This document shows, in pieces, positions 31,974-41,990 of a DNA stretch of 64,000 nt. The notes below the pieces were generated by a model, which was not told where the DNA came from, did no database searches, and was given only the letters and a program-made list of their open reading frames with translations. Source of the DNA: Xanthomarina sp. (GTDB lineage Bacteria; Bacteroidota; Bacteroidia; Flavobacteriales; Flavobacteriaceae); NCBI GenBank assembly GCA_035306605.1, contig DATGNR010000033.1. One strand, written 5' to 3'. Made by a program: the position numbers and the translations under genes. Positions within the stretch are counted from its first letter, which is position 1, and every line of letters starts with the position of its first letter.

Positions 31974-32876
31974 ATGAAAGATAAATTTTACCAATACATA
32001 CAAGACTTACAAAACAGAATTACTTCAAAACTTGAATCTGTAGATGGCAAAGCCAAATTTCAAGAAGACCTTTGGGAACGCCCGGAAGGTGGTGGAGGAA
32101 GAACCCGTGTTATTGAAAATGGGAATGTTTTTGAAAAAGGTGGTGTTAATATTTCTGCAGTCCATGGAGAACTTCCTGAAACCATGCGCAACCATTTTGG
32201 AGTAAAAGATGCCGATTTTTTTGCCTGTGGTTTAAGCTTGGTATTACACCCTAAAAACCCAATGGTTCCTACTGTTCATGCAAATTGGCGTTATTTTGAG
32301 ATGTACGATCAAAACGGAGATATTGTAGATAGTTGGTTTGGTGGCGGACAAGATTTAACCCCTTATTATTTATTTGAAGAAGATGCCCAACATTTTCATC
32401 AAACCTGTAAAACGGCTTGCGATAAACACCATCCTGAATTTTACCCAAATTATAAAAAACGTTGCGACGAATATTTCTATAACTCACACAGAAATGAAGG
32501 TCGCGGAGTTGGAGGTTTATTTTTCGATTATTGCAAAGCTACAGAAGACATGTCCATGGAAAACTGGTACAATTTCGTAACAGAAGTTGGTAATAGTTTC
32601 CTTGAAGCTTATGTTCCTATTGTTGAAAAACGCAAAGAGTTATCATATACTGACGCGCAAAGAACTTGGCAAGAAATCAGACGTGGACGTTATGTAGAAT
32701 TCAATTTAGTTCATGATAAAGGAACTCTTTTCGGACTTAAAACAAACGGGAGGATTGAAAGTATTTTAATGAGTCTACCTCCACATGTACAATGGGTTTA
32801 CGATCATCATCCAGTAGCTGGAAGCCCAGAGGAAAAATTAATCAATGTCTTACAAAACCCTATAGATTGGGCATAA
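31974..32876 (+). CDS. hemF: Oxygen-dependent coproporphyrinogen III oxidase
   Basis: FEKGGVN, WFGGGQDLTP, RGVGGLFFD, RRGRYVEFNL. Confidence 0.97.
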   Translation: MKDKFYQYIQDLQNRITSKLESVDGKAKFQEDLWERPEGGGGRTRVIENGNVFEKGGVNISAVHGELPETMRNHFGVKDADFFACGLSLVLHPKNPMVPTVHANWRYFEMYDQNGDIVDSWFGGGQDLTPYYLFEEDAQHFHQTCKTACDKHHPEFYPNYKKRCDEYFYNSHRNEGRGVGGLFFDYCKATEDMSMENWYNFVTEVGNSFLEAYVPIVEKRKELSYTDAQRTWQEIRRGRYVEFNLVHDKGTLFGLKTNGRIESILMSLPPHVQWVYDHHPVAGSPEEKLINVLQNPIDWA

Positions 32877-32877
32877 G

Positions 32878-33270
32878 ATGAATTGTTACTGCGGAAATAA
32901 TAAAACCTATAAAGCGTGTTGTGAGGTTTTTCATTTAAATAATGGAAAAACAGAAACTGCGGAACAACTTATGCGCTCTCGATATAGCGCCTTTGTTCTA
33001 GCTAATGGCGATTATTTAATGCAAACCCATCATCGTTCTACCAGACCAAATTCAGAGAAAAAAGCTATTGAAAATTGGGCCAAATCTGTTGAGTGGATAA
33101 AACTAGAAGTATTAGAAACCACCCATGGTTTAAATAACGACAAAGATGGAACCGTAACGTTTAACGCTTATTTTTATGAAAACGGTCATGTTGATGTAAT
33201 TCATGAAAAATCAACTTTTATTAAAGAAAATGAAACATGGTATTACTTAGGTTATGCCAAAAATCAATAA
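32878..33270 (+). CDS. YchJ family (SEC-C motif) protein
   Basis: CYCG..YKACC, AEQLMRSRYSAF, HEKSTF. Confidence 0.9.
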   Translation: MNCYCGNNKTYKACCEVFHLNNGKTETAEQLMRSRYSAFVLANGDYLMQTHHRSTRPNSEKKAIENWAKSVEWIKLEVLETTHGLNNDKDGTVTFNAYFYENGHVDVIHEKSTFIKENETWYYLGYAKNQ

Positions 33271-33273
33271 AAT

Positions 33274-34266
33274 ATGTATCCAATAAAAAGAAATAGAAGA
33301 TTAAGAACAAACGAAGCTATTAGAAGCTTGGTTCGTGAAACTATTATCTCTCCAAACGATTTTTTAGTGCCACTATTTGTAGTGGAAGGAAAAGGAGTAA
33401 AAGAAGAAATTGCTTCCATGCCTAATTATTATCGTTATAGCCTAGACTTGCTAGAAAAAGAAGTAAAAGAGCTTTGGAAACTTGGTTTAAAATCGGTGTT
33501 ACTTTTTGTAAAAGTTCCTGATAATTTAAAAGACAATGTCGGAAAAGAAGCTGTAAATCCAAAAGGTTTAATGCAACGAGCCATTAAAACGGTAAAAAAC
33601 GCGTGCCCTGACATGCTGGTAATGACAGATGTAGCCATGGACCCTTATTCTATGTACGGACATGATGGCATTATAGAAAACGGGGTGATTCTAAACGATG
33701 AGAGTGTCGATTTATTAACAGAAATGAGTTTATCCCACGCTCGTGCGGGAGCCGACTTTGTAGCTCCAAGCGATATGATGGATGGTAGGATATTAAGCAT
33801 TCGTGAAGCTTTTGAAGATGAAGGTTTTTTAAACACCGGTATCATGAGCTACTCGGCTAAATACGCTTCGGCTTTTTACGGTCCTTTTCGTGATGCTCTA
33901 GACTCAGCACCTGTAGATTTAAAGGATATTCCAAAAGACAAAAAAACCTATCAAATGGATTATGCCAATCGTTTTGAGGCACTTCGTGAAACCGAAATGG
34001 ATATTGATGAAGGTGCGGATATTGTTATGATAAAACCCGGATTATGCTACCTAGATATTGTTCGTGATATTAAAAACGAAGTAGACGTACCTGTTGCTGT
34101 GTATCAAGTTTCAGGAGAATACGCGATGCTGAAAGCAGCAGCTGAAAAAGGATGGTTAGACCATGACGCAGTTATGATGGAACAAATTACAGCCATGAAG
34201 CGTGCTGGCGCAGATATTATTGCCTCCTACTTTGCGAAGGATGTTGTGAAATTATTAAATTCATAA
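33274..34266 (+). CDS. hemB: Porphobilinogen synthase
   Basis: APSDMMDG, YSAKYASAFYGPFR, AVYQVSGEY; Asp-rich metal site without Cys (DVAMDPYSMYGHDG). Confidence 0.97.
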   Translation: MYPIKRNRRLRTNEAIRSLVRETIISPNDFLVPLFVVEGKGVKEEIASMPNYYRYSLDLLEKEVKELWKLGLKSVLLFVKVPDNLKDNVGKEAVNPKGLMQRAIKTVKNACPDMLVMTDVAMDPYSMYGHDGIIENGVILNDESVDLLTEMSLSHARAGADFVAPSDMMDGRILSIREAFEDEGFLNTGIMSYSAKYASAFYGPFRDALDSAPVDLKDIPKDKKTYQMDYANRFEALRETEMDIDEGADIVMIKPGLCYLDIVRDIKNEVDVPVAVYQVSGEYAMLKAAAEKGWLDHDAVMMEQITAMKRAGADIIASYFAKDVVKLLNS

Positions 34267-34291
34267 AAATTTCAAAAACCATAAGTCCAAG

Positions 34292-34326
34292 AAGACCTCA
34301 TGCCTTTAAAAGCAATGAGGTCTTTT
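34292..34326 (+). terminator. Intrinsic terminator after hemB
   Basis: AAGACCTCATGC...GCAATGAGGTCTT followed by Ts. Confidence 0.7.
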
Positions 34327-34380
34327 GATTTTATTATAAAATGGATTTTGTAAATTAGCCTGAATCAAAAAAACACATTA

Positions 34381-35466
34381 ATGACCACACTCATCCTTTG
34401 GGCAACAATTTCTATTTTCTTTTCATTTTTATGTTCCATCTTGGAAGCCGTTTTACTAAGTGTAACGCCAACATTTATTAATGTTAAAAAGCAAGAAGGC
34501 AAAGACTATGCTTTTAAATTAGAAGCACTTAAAGCTGATGTAGATGAATCACTAATAGCCATTCTTACCCTAAATACAATTGCGCATACTTTAGGTGCTA
34601 TGATGGTTGGTATTGAAGCTGAAAAATTACCATTTAAAATAGAAGTCTTCGGAATAAATACAGTTGGAGTTATTTCGGCCATCATGACTTTGCTAATATT
34701 AATCGTTTCAGAAATTATTCCAAAAACAATTGGAGCTTCCTATTGGAAATCCTTAGTAAGTTTTACAGCAACTGTCCTTAATATTTTAATATTTCCTCTA
34801 AAATATACGGGTATTTTATGGCTTTTGCGCCTTACAACCAAGCTTATTGGCGGCAATGGACACGGCAGTGTTTTAAGTAGAGAAGATTTTCAAGCCATGA
34901 CGAACATCGCAGAAGAAGAGGGTGTTTTCCAAGAATCTGAAAGTAAAGTCATTAAAAACATGCTGACCCTTAAAGAGGTTCAAGCAAAGGATGTAATGAC
35001 GCCACGAACCGTAATGACCATTGAGAATGAAAACCAAAGTATTGAGAATTTTTTTAAAAACAATGCCAACATAAAATTTTCTAGAATTCCAGTTTTCACG
35101 AATAACCTGGATAATATAACCGGACTCGTTTTAAAAGACGAAGTGTTTAAGGAAATGGCCTTTGGAAATGGTGATAAATTACTGTCTGACATAAAGAGAA
35201 ACATTATTATAGTTAATAGAAGTGTGCCAATTCCTCGCTTATTTGAGCAATTAATTGAAAGCAAAAACCACATGGCTTTAGTCGTTGATGAATACGGCTC
35301 TATAAGCGGACTAGTAACCATGGAAGATCTTATTGAAACCCTATTAGGGCTAGAGATTATGGATGAAAGCGATGATGTTCCAGACTTACAACTTTTAGCT
35401 AGACGCAGCTGGGAAGCTAGAGCAAAACGACTTGGAATAATAGACGACTTCAAACCTGAAGATTAA
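34381..35466 (+). CDS. CNNM/DUF21 + CBS domain membrane protein
   Basis: SEIIPK, VMTPR, FSRIPV, VVDEYG, EDLIE. Confidence 0.9.
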   Translation: MTTLILWATISIFFSFLCSILEAVLLSVTPTFINVKKQEGKDYAFKLEALKADVDESLIAILTLNTIAHTLGAMMVGIEAEKLPFKIEVFGINTVGVISAIMTLLILIVSEIIPKTIGASYWKSLVSFTATVLNILIFPLKYTGILWLLRLTTKLIGGNGHGSVLSREDFQAMTNIAEEEGVFQESESKVIKNMLTLKEVQAKDVMTPRTVMTIENENQSIENFFKNNANIKFSRIPVFTNNLDNITGLVLKDEVFKEMAFGNGDKLLSDIKRNIIIVNRSVPIPRLFEQLIESKNHMALVVDEYGSISGLVTMEDLIETLLGLEIMDESDDVPDLQLLARRSWEARAKRLGIIDDFKPED

Positions 35467-35939
35467 TGGAAGAATGTATTATACATACGCCATTAGGTTA
35501 TACCAAAATTACTGGAGATGAAAATGGTATTTCATCTATTATCATATTAAATTCAGAGGAGAAAATCACGGAGATTCTTCCGACAGAACTAGAAGATTGC
35601 GCACAGCAACTAAAGGAGTATTTTGAAGGTAAGCGCACACATTTCGATTTACATTTAAATCCAGAAGGAACGACTTTCCAAAAGCAAGTTTGGAATGAAT
35701 TAAAAACCATTCCCTATGGCAAAACCATTTCTTATCTTGAGCTTTCAAAACAACTAAACGATGTTAAAGCTATTCGAGCTGTAGCTAATGCCAATGGCAA
35801 AAACCCTTTATGGATTGTTATTCCTTGTCATCGTGTTATGGGTAGCGATGGGAGTTTAACTGGATACGCCGGAGGTTTGCATAGAAAAAAATGGTTGTTG
35901 GACCACGAAAGCCCTAATAAGCAACAATCCTTATTTTAA
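35466..35939 (+). CDS. ogt: Methylated-DNA--protein-cysteine S-methyltransferase
   Basis: IPCHRV active site, GTTFQ, GYAGG. Confidence 0.93.
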   Translation: MEECIIHTPLGYTKITGDENGISSIIILNSEEKITEILPTELEDCAQQLKEYFEGKRTHFDLHLNPEGTTFQKQVWNELKTIPYGKTISYLELSKQLNDVKAIRAVANANGKNPLWIVIPCHRVMGSDGSLTGYAGGLHRKKWLLDHESPNKQQSLF

Positions 35940-36014
35940 TTTTAGGTTGTAATTTACTTTGAAACCTAAAATGCGTCCAAAATATTTCTATCTTTATTAT
36001 TAAAATTTACTTAA

Positions 36015-38426
36015 ATGAAATACTTCAAGTTTCTAGTTTCCTTAGTGGTGCTTATTGGCGTTTTTTTCGGCTTAAACACAAAATTTGGGTCGCTACCTGC
36101 CCTTGGTGATTTTTTAAATCCAGCCCAAGGAATTTGGCAAAATGAACAAACCGAATCTACCACTGGAAATATTAAAATAGAAGGACTTTCAGATAAGGTT
36201 ACCGTGCATTACGATGAAAATCTAGTCCCACATATTTTTGCACAAAACGACACGGATTTATACAAAGCACAAGGCTACATTACAGCCAAACATCGGCTTT
36301 GGCAAATGGATTTCCAAACCTTTGCAGCAGCCGGGAGGCTTTCGGAGATTATAGGTAGTAAGGCTCTGGACTACGACAGGGCTCAACGTAGAAAAGGCAT
36401 GGGCTTTGGAGCAGAAAATGCCCTTGCAAAAATGAAAGCAGATGATCCGGAAATATTAGAATTACTTAAAGCCTATAGTGATGGTGTCAATAGCTACATA
36501 CAATCTTTAAATCCAAAAGATTATCCAGTAGAATATAAATTACTAGGCTACAAGCCAGAATTCTGGTCGGTGGATAAAACAGCTTATCTACTCATGTACA
36601 TGACGGATATGCTATGTAGCCGAGAAAACGATCTAGAATTCACGAATGCGTTAAGGTTATTGGGAGCTGAAAGATTTGATCTGTTATATCCCGATTTTTT
36701 TGATGTAAACGATCCTATTATTCCAAAAGATACCGATTGGAGTTATATAGATACCTTCATCACCGAAACGCCGCTAAGCGAAATCCCATTGGATACTATT
36801 TCAGAAACCATGGACAAACCTCATCCTAACAATGGAAGTAATAACTGGGCTGTGTCTGGAAAGAAATCTTATTCAGGACATGCCATTCTTGCCAACGACC
36901 CTCATTTAGGGATTAATTTGCCTTCAATTTGGTTTGTGATGCAATTGGCTACCCCAGAACACAACTCTTATGGAGCAACTCTACCTGGAGCTATGGGAGT
37001 AGTTTCAGGCTTTAACACAGATATTGCTTGGGCCGAAACTAATGCTACAAGAGATGTAAAAGATTGGTATAAAATTGAATTTAAAGATAAGAATAGAACC
37101 CAGTACAAATACAATAACACTTGGAAAGATGCTAGGTTAAGAGTTGAAGAAATTAAAATTCGTGGGAAAGAAACCTTTTTAGATTCAGTAATTTACACCC
37201 ATCACGGTCCTGTAAGTTACGATCATACTTTTAAAGGTAATAGTCAAAAAGAAGGTTATGCCATGAAATGGATTGGACACATTGGCGGTAACAATCAAAG
37301 AACTTTAATCGACCTAAACTCCTCTAAAAATTACGATGATTATTTAGCTGCGCTTCAACATTGGGTAGCTCCCGCACAAAATTTTGCCTTTGCTTCTACC
37401 TCAGGAGATATTGCTATTTGGATTCAAGGTTTATTTCCTAATAAATGGCAAGGTCAAGGTAAATTCTTAATGGATGGAAGTAATCCAAATCACGACTGGC
37501 AAAGCTTTATTCCAAAAAAGCACAATGCTTTTTCAAAAAATCCAGAACGAGGATTTATTAGTTCTGCCAATCAACATCCTGTAGATTCATCGTATCCATT
37601 TTATGTATTTAACGATGGTTATGAAACATATAGAAACCGCGTGATTAACGATTTTTTCAATTCAAAAGAAACCTTTAGCATCCAAGATTTTAAAGATTTA
37701 CAGAACAATAATTACAATTTGAAAGCTTCAGAATTATTGCCATATATGCTAGAACACATGGATACTTCTAGCTTAAACCAGGAAGAGCAAAATGTTTTAA
37801 AATTAATTAAAGACTGGGATTATAATAGTGATATTGACAAAATAGCACCAAGTATCTGGGATTTATGGTGGAAAAAACTATACCCAATAACTTGGGACGA
37901 ATTTGAAGATGAAAACGTGGCCTATACCAAACCATTTATTTATCAAACCATATACATGCTTAAAAACCACCCTGAGGATGACTTTATGGATATTCTGGCA
38001 ACCCCTGAAAAAGAAACTTCTAAAGATTTATTTTTAATAACTTTTAAAGAAACTGTTAAAGAGCTTAGTGCGTGGAAAAAAACCCATGGAGATTATAATT
38101 GGCAAGCTTATAAAGGTGCCTATGTTGGGCATTTATTACAAGGATTACCGGCCTTTTCAAGATTTGACTTACCCATTGGTGGCGACAGAAACACCGTAAA
38201 TGCAGCAGATACAAATCATGGTCCATCTTGGCGAATGATTGTTGAAATGAGCACACCTCCAAAAGCCTATGGTATTTATCCCGGTGGACAATCTGGAAAT
38301 CCAGGCAGTAAATATTACGATAATTTTATAGATCGTTGGGCCGTTGGCGAGTATTTTGAAGCGCTTTTTATTCAAGACCAAAATACTACGGAAGGTATTA
38401 TTTCTACCCAAACTTTAACTCCATAA
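36015..38426 (+). CDS. Penicillin acylase family (S45) Ntn hydrolase
   Basis: G/SNNWAV autoprocessing site, ANDPHL, GGQSGNP. Confidence 0.92.
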   Translation: MKYFKFLVSLVVLIGVFFGLNTKFGSLPALGDFLNPAQGIWQNEQTESTTGNIKIEGLSDKVTVHYDENLVPHIFAQNDTDLYKAQGYITAKHRLWQMDFQTFAAAGRLSEIIGSKALDYDRAQRRKGMGFGAENALAKMKADDPEILELLKAYSDGVNSYIQSLNPKDYPVEYKLLGYKPEFWSVDKTAYLLMYMTDMLCSRENDLEFTNALRLLGAERFDLLYPDFFDVNDPIIPKDTDWSYIDTFITETPLSEIPLDTISETMDKPHPNNGSNNWAVSGKKSYSGHAILANDPHLGINLPSIWFVMQLATPEHNSYGATLPGAMGVVSGFNTDIAWAETNATRDVKDWYKIEFKDKNRTQYKYNNTWKDARLRVEEIKIRGKETFLDSVIYTHHGPVSYDHTFKGNSQKEGYAMKWIGHIGGNNQRTLIDLNSSKNYDDYLAALQHWVAPAQNFAFASTSGDIAIWIQGLFPNKWQGQGKFLMDGSNPNHDWQSFIPKKHNAFSKNPERGFISSANQHPVDSSYPFYVFNDGYETYRNRVINDFFNSKETFSIQDFKDLQNNNYNLKASELLPYMLEHMDTSSLNQEEQNVLKLIKDWDYNSDIDKIAPSIWDLWWKKLYPITWDEFEDENVAYTKPFIYQTIYMLKNHPEDDFMDILATPEKETSKDLFLITFKETVKELSAWKKTHGDYNWQAYKGAYVGHLLQGLPAFSRFDLPIGGDRNTVNAADTNHGPSWRMIVEMSTPPKAYGIYPGGQSGNPGSKYYDNFIDRWAVGEYFEALFIQDQNTTEGIISTQTLTP

Positions 38427-38428
38427 TT

Positions 38429-38785
38429 ATGACTAAAAACATCATTAATTTTATAGCCACCATTTTAATTGCACTTGTTCTTTCCCAGTTTTTACCTTGG
38501 TGGTCCGTTATGGTAACTGCATTTGCAACAAGTATGTTTTTTAGTTTAAAACGAGCTTCTGTTTTTGTAGTTCCCTTTTTGGCAATCACTCTTTTTTGGA
38601 TAAGCTATAGCTTTTGGCTCAGTAGTGCCAACGATTTTATTTTAGCTAAAAAGATGGCCATATTATTGCCTTTAAACGGAAATGCCTATTTACTCATATT
38701 CATTACCGGAATTATTGGAGGCTTTGCAGCAGGAATTGCTGGAATATTTGGAAAACAATGTGTAGCTTTATTAACAAAGTCTTAA
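38429..38785 (+). CDS. Hypothetical membrane protein
   Basis: Hydrophobic 118-aa ORF, 2 bp after the acylase gene. Confidence 0.75.
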   Translation: MTKNIINFIATILIALVLSQFLPWWSVMVTAFATSMFFSLKRASVFVVPFLAITLFWISYSFWLSSANDFILAKKMAILLPLNGNAYLLIFITGIIGGFAAGIAGIFGKQCVALLTKS

Positions 38786-38796
38786 ATTCTAATTAG

Positions 38797-39510
38797 ATGA
38801 TTGATAAATTAAATCTCGAAAACATTCTCTTTTTGGATATAGAAACAGTTCCAGAAACTCAATATTTTTCAGATTTAGATGAAACCAAACAAGGTCTTTG
38901 GGAGCATAAAACTCAATACCAAAGAAAAGATGAATTCACTGCTGAAGAATTTTATGACCGAGCAGGTATTTGGGCGGAATTTGGAAAAATAGTTTGTATT
39001 TCTGTCGGTTATTTTAAAAATCAAGGAGACCTTAGAAATTTTAGGGTAACATCCTTTTATGGCGAAGAACCTGAAATTCTAAAAAACTTCAAAAACCTTC
39101 TAAATTCACATTTCAATCAGACCAAACATTTGTTATGCGCTCATAATGGCAAGGAATTCGACTTTCCTTATATAGCTAGACGCATGATTATTCACAATAT
39201 TGAATTGCCTTATAAATTAAATCTCTTTGGAAAAAAACCATGGGAAGTTCCACATTTAGACACCTTGGAATTATGGAAATTTGGCGATTACAAGCACTAC
39301 ACTTCCTTAAAATTACTTACCAATATTTTAGGCATTCCTTCACCAAAAGACGATATCGATGGCAGTGAAGTTTATCGTGTGTATTACGAAGAAAAAGAAA
39401 TAGATAGAATTATAACTTACTGCGAAAAAGACACCATTGCTGTGGCTCAAATATTCTTAAGACTTAGAGGTGATGAGTTACTTCATGACAATGAAATTAT
39501 TCATATTTAA
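38797..39510 (+). CDS. PolB-like 3'-5' exonuclease
   Basis: FLDIET, HNGKEFDFPY, YCEKD (DEDDy). Confidence 0.88.
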   Translation: MIDKLNLENILFLDIETVPETQYFSDLDETKQGLWEHKTQYQRKDEFTAEEFYDRAGIWAEFGKIVCISVGYFKNQGDLRNFRVTSFYGEEPEILKNFKNLLNSHFNQTKHLLCAHNGKEFDFPYIARRMIIHNIELPYKLNLFGKKPWEVPHLDTLELWKFGDYKHYTSLKLLTNILGIPSPKDDIDGSEVYRVYYEEKEIDRIITYCEKDTIAVAQIFLRLRGDELLHDNEIIHI

Positions 39511-39547
39511 TACTTTATAAAGTCTTCTTTCTTGAGTTTTAATAATT

Positions 39548-39580
39548 AAAAAAGTCCAGAGTTTTCACTCTGGACTTCTT
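39548..39580. terminator. Terminator between convergent genes
   Basis: AAGTCCAGAGT-tttc-ACTCTGGACTT. Confidence 0.75.
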
Positions 39581-39601
39581 ATTTTCAATAGATTGTTTCA
39601 A

Positions 39602-41824
39602 CTATTGTTTAATAAATTTCTTAGTCATAATTTCTTCACCATCATTTACTTCTATAAAGTACATGCCAGTTTTTAAGCTGCTCACGTTTATTTCTTTAAT
39701 AGAATTTCCGGTAAGTACTACCTGACCAATCATATTAATAATTCTAAAAGTTCCTGCCGTATTTCCTGGTAATTTCACATTCAATACAGTTCCTTTAACT
39801 GGGTTTGGGTATAAAAGGAAATCTTCTTCAGAAGTAAAACCATCATTTGTATCTACAGTTTTAATAGCTTCTATGGAATTTCCTAATCCTTTAGATCCAG
39901 AACCAATACCTCTAATAATTACTTTATCTATATAAATATAGTCGCTATTATTACTTGCATCGCATTGAAATCTAAATTGAGAATTGCTACCAAAATTATA
40001 TTGAGAAGCATCTAGCGTGACAGTTGCCGTATAGAAGGTGTTGTTATTAAAATTAACTCCACTTGCATAGCTTGCCACTGTAGACCAACTAGAACCATTA
40101 TAGAAACGTAACCAGAAATCTTCGTTAGTTTCCATACTGTAAGCATAAAAATAAAACTCAACTTCCACTTGGTTATAAGCTGATAAGTTAAAAGATGGAG
40201 AGGTCATTGCTGAAGCTGTTCCAGAATTATCTCTTAATTGAATAGAATAATTTCCTTCATAAGAACGAGAACCTGAGTAACGAGCACAATCGCTTCCTCC
40301 ATCAGACCATCCATCCCAACCAGACTCAAAGTAACCTTCGTGAAGCACATCCGTACCACCAGTTGAACAAGGTGAACATGACGAACCACCACAATCTATT
40401 CCTGTTTCATCTCCATTTTGAATACCATCAGAACATGTTGGTGTTGGCGCACTTCCTACACAGAAATTAGTCGCTTCCGATTTACCAAATGATCCTCCTG
40501 AAGCCAGAACTCCAGTTGCTCCTGTTACGGAATAGTTACCATTACCATAAGAACAGCAAATACCATCTCCATAGGTATCGGTAATTGTAAATGTATAGCA
40601 TCCATCAGCTAAACATAAGGTTTCCGAAATAGTAGACCCACCAGATTGAGAACCATAAGTTCCACCCGAGGCCACTGTGGTACCACTTGCATTTTTAAGA
40701 GACCAAGCCGTTTCTGCTGGATAATTATCGAATTTTATAGAAAGAATTACTTCGTTTTCTGAACATGATGTTTGACAAGGTTCGCAAGAAGAACCACCAC
40801 AGTCAACACCTGTTTCGTCGCCGTTTTGTACGCCATCAGAACAAGTAGGAGTACTACCTCCTCCATCGCATTTTGTTGAAGCTCCCAAACTAGCTCTTGC
40901 ACCGCCCGGTAGCAAAACTGCGCGCATTCTGTTTTTTTGTCCTACAGTATACAAATTCATACAGGCATCATCACTATAATCCATATAGTTTTGAACCATA
41001 TCAGTAGTTCCGCAAGATACATGTCCTGTAGCACAACCGTAGTTTGCTGCATCTGATGTTGGTGTATCACTTACAAAATCATCCACTGAGCATCCACCAT
41101 CACCCCAAATATGACGTAGGTTTAAAAAGTGACCTACCTCATGGGTTGTTGTTCTACCTAAATTGAAAGGTGAGGATAAATAAAATCCTGAGCCACCATT
41201 TTTACTTCCAAAATAATTTGGGCCAATAACCACGCCATCAGTTGCTGCACTACCTCCAGGAAATTGAGCATAACCTAAAATTCCACCCCCAATATTACAT
41301 ACCCACATATTTAAATACTGCGACGTATTCCATGGGTCAACTCCACCTTGCGAAGATTTTTTCATGGCATCATTGGTTCCCCAAGATGTTTTAGACGAAG
41401 ATTTTCTTGTAATTCCATTAGTAGGATTCCCATTAGGATCTACTGTTGCCATACAAAACTGGATTTGCGTATCCGCAGCCTGAGACCAGGTATTATTAGC
41501 ATCCGAATTCATTCTTCTGAAATCGTCATTCAACACTTGGATTTGAGATAAGATTTGTGCATCACTAATATTCTCATTAGAATTGCTGTAAATAACATGA
41601 ACAACTACAGGAATTGTAATGATAGAACCATCAATTCTTGATTGCTCCATGTTTTCAATCTTGTTTTGTGTGTAAGACTCAATTTGGGCCATTCGTTGTG
41701 CAAGACCTGGGTCTTGTTGCATTCGGTACTCTAGGTTTTCCATGGAGGCACAATTTCGCTCTTGAGCAAAACTGCTTCCAATTACAAGAAAACAAACAAT
41801 TAATAATAAAATAATGTTTTTCAT
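39602..41824 (-). CDS. M43 (pappalysin/ulilysin-like) zinc metalloprotease with Cys-rich repeats and T9SS sorting domain
   Basis: IPVVVHV, HEVGHFLNLRH, NYMDY Met-turn; C-terminal YPNPV...GMYFI..KKFIKQ. Confidence 0.92.
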   Translation of the reverse strand: MKNIILLLIVCFLVIGSSFAQERNCASMENLEYRMQQDPGLAQRMAQIESYTQNKIENMEQSRIDGSIITIPVVVHVIYSNSNENISDAQILSQIQVLNDDFRRMNSDANNTWSQAADTQIQFCMATVDPNGNPTNGITRKSSSKTSWGTNDAMKKSSQGGVDPWNTSQYLNMWVCNIGGGILGYAQFPGGSAATDGVVIGPNYFGSKNGGSGFYLSSPFNLGRTTTHEVGHFLNLRHIWGDGGCSVDDFVSDTPTSDAANYGCATGHVSCGTTDMVQNYMDYSDDACMNLYTVGQKNRMRAVLLPGGARASLGASTKCDGGGSTPTCSDGVQNGDETGVDCGGSSCEPCQTSCSENEVILSIKFDNYPAETAWSLKNASGTTVASGGTYGSQSGGSTISETLCLADGCYTFTITDTYGDGICCSYGNGNYSVTGATGVLASGGSFGKSEATNFCVGSAPTPTCSDGIQNGDETGIDCGGSSCSPCSTGGTDVLHEGYFESGWDGWSDGGSDCARYSGSRSYEGNYSIQLRDNSGTASAMTSPSFNLSAYNQVEVEFYFYAYSMETNEDFWLRFYNGSSWSTVASYASGVNFNNNTFYTATVTLDASQYNFGSNSQFRFQCDASNNSDYIYIDKVIIRGIGSGSKGLGNSIEAIKTVDTNDGFTSEEDFLLYPNPVKGTVLNVKLPGNTAGTFRIINMIGQVVLTGNSIKEINVSSLKTGMYFIEVNDGEEIMTKKFIKQ

Positions 41825-41944
41825 GAGTTTTGTTTAATTATTTTGGTGTTTATTTATAAAAATCTCATGAATGTAGATTTTTTTTGCGAATCTGTGAATG
41901 TTTATTTTTCTTTTTCGATTAAAAACACTTCAAAAGGAATATAA

Positions 41945-41961
41945 TTACGGTAAAACCGTAA
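41945..41961. promoter_or_regulatory. Palindrome TTACGGT-AAA-ACCGTAA, candidate dimeric regulator site
   Basis: Perfect 7-3-7 inverted repeat between divergent genes. Confidence 0.45.
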
Positions 41962-41990
41962 ATGAAAATAGAAAATAGTTAATTTTACAT

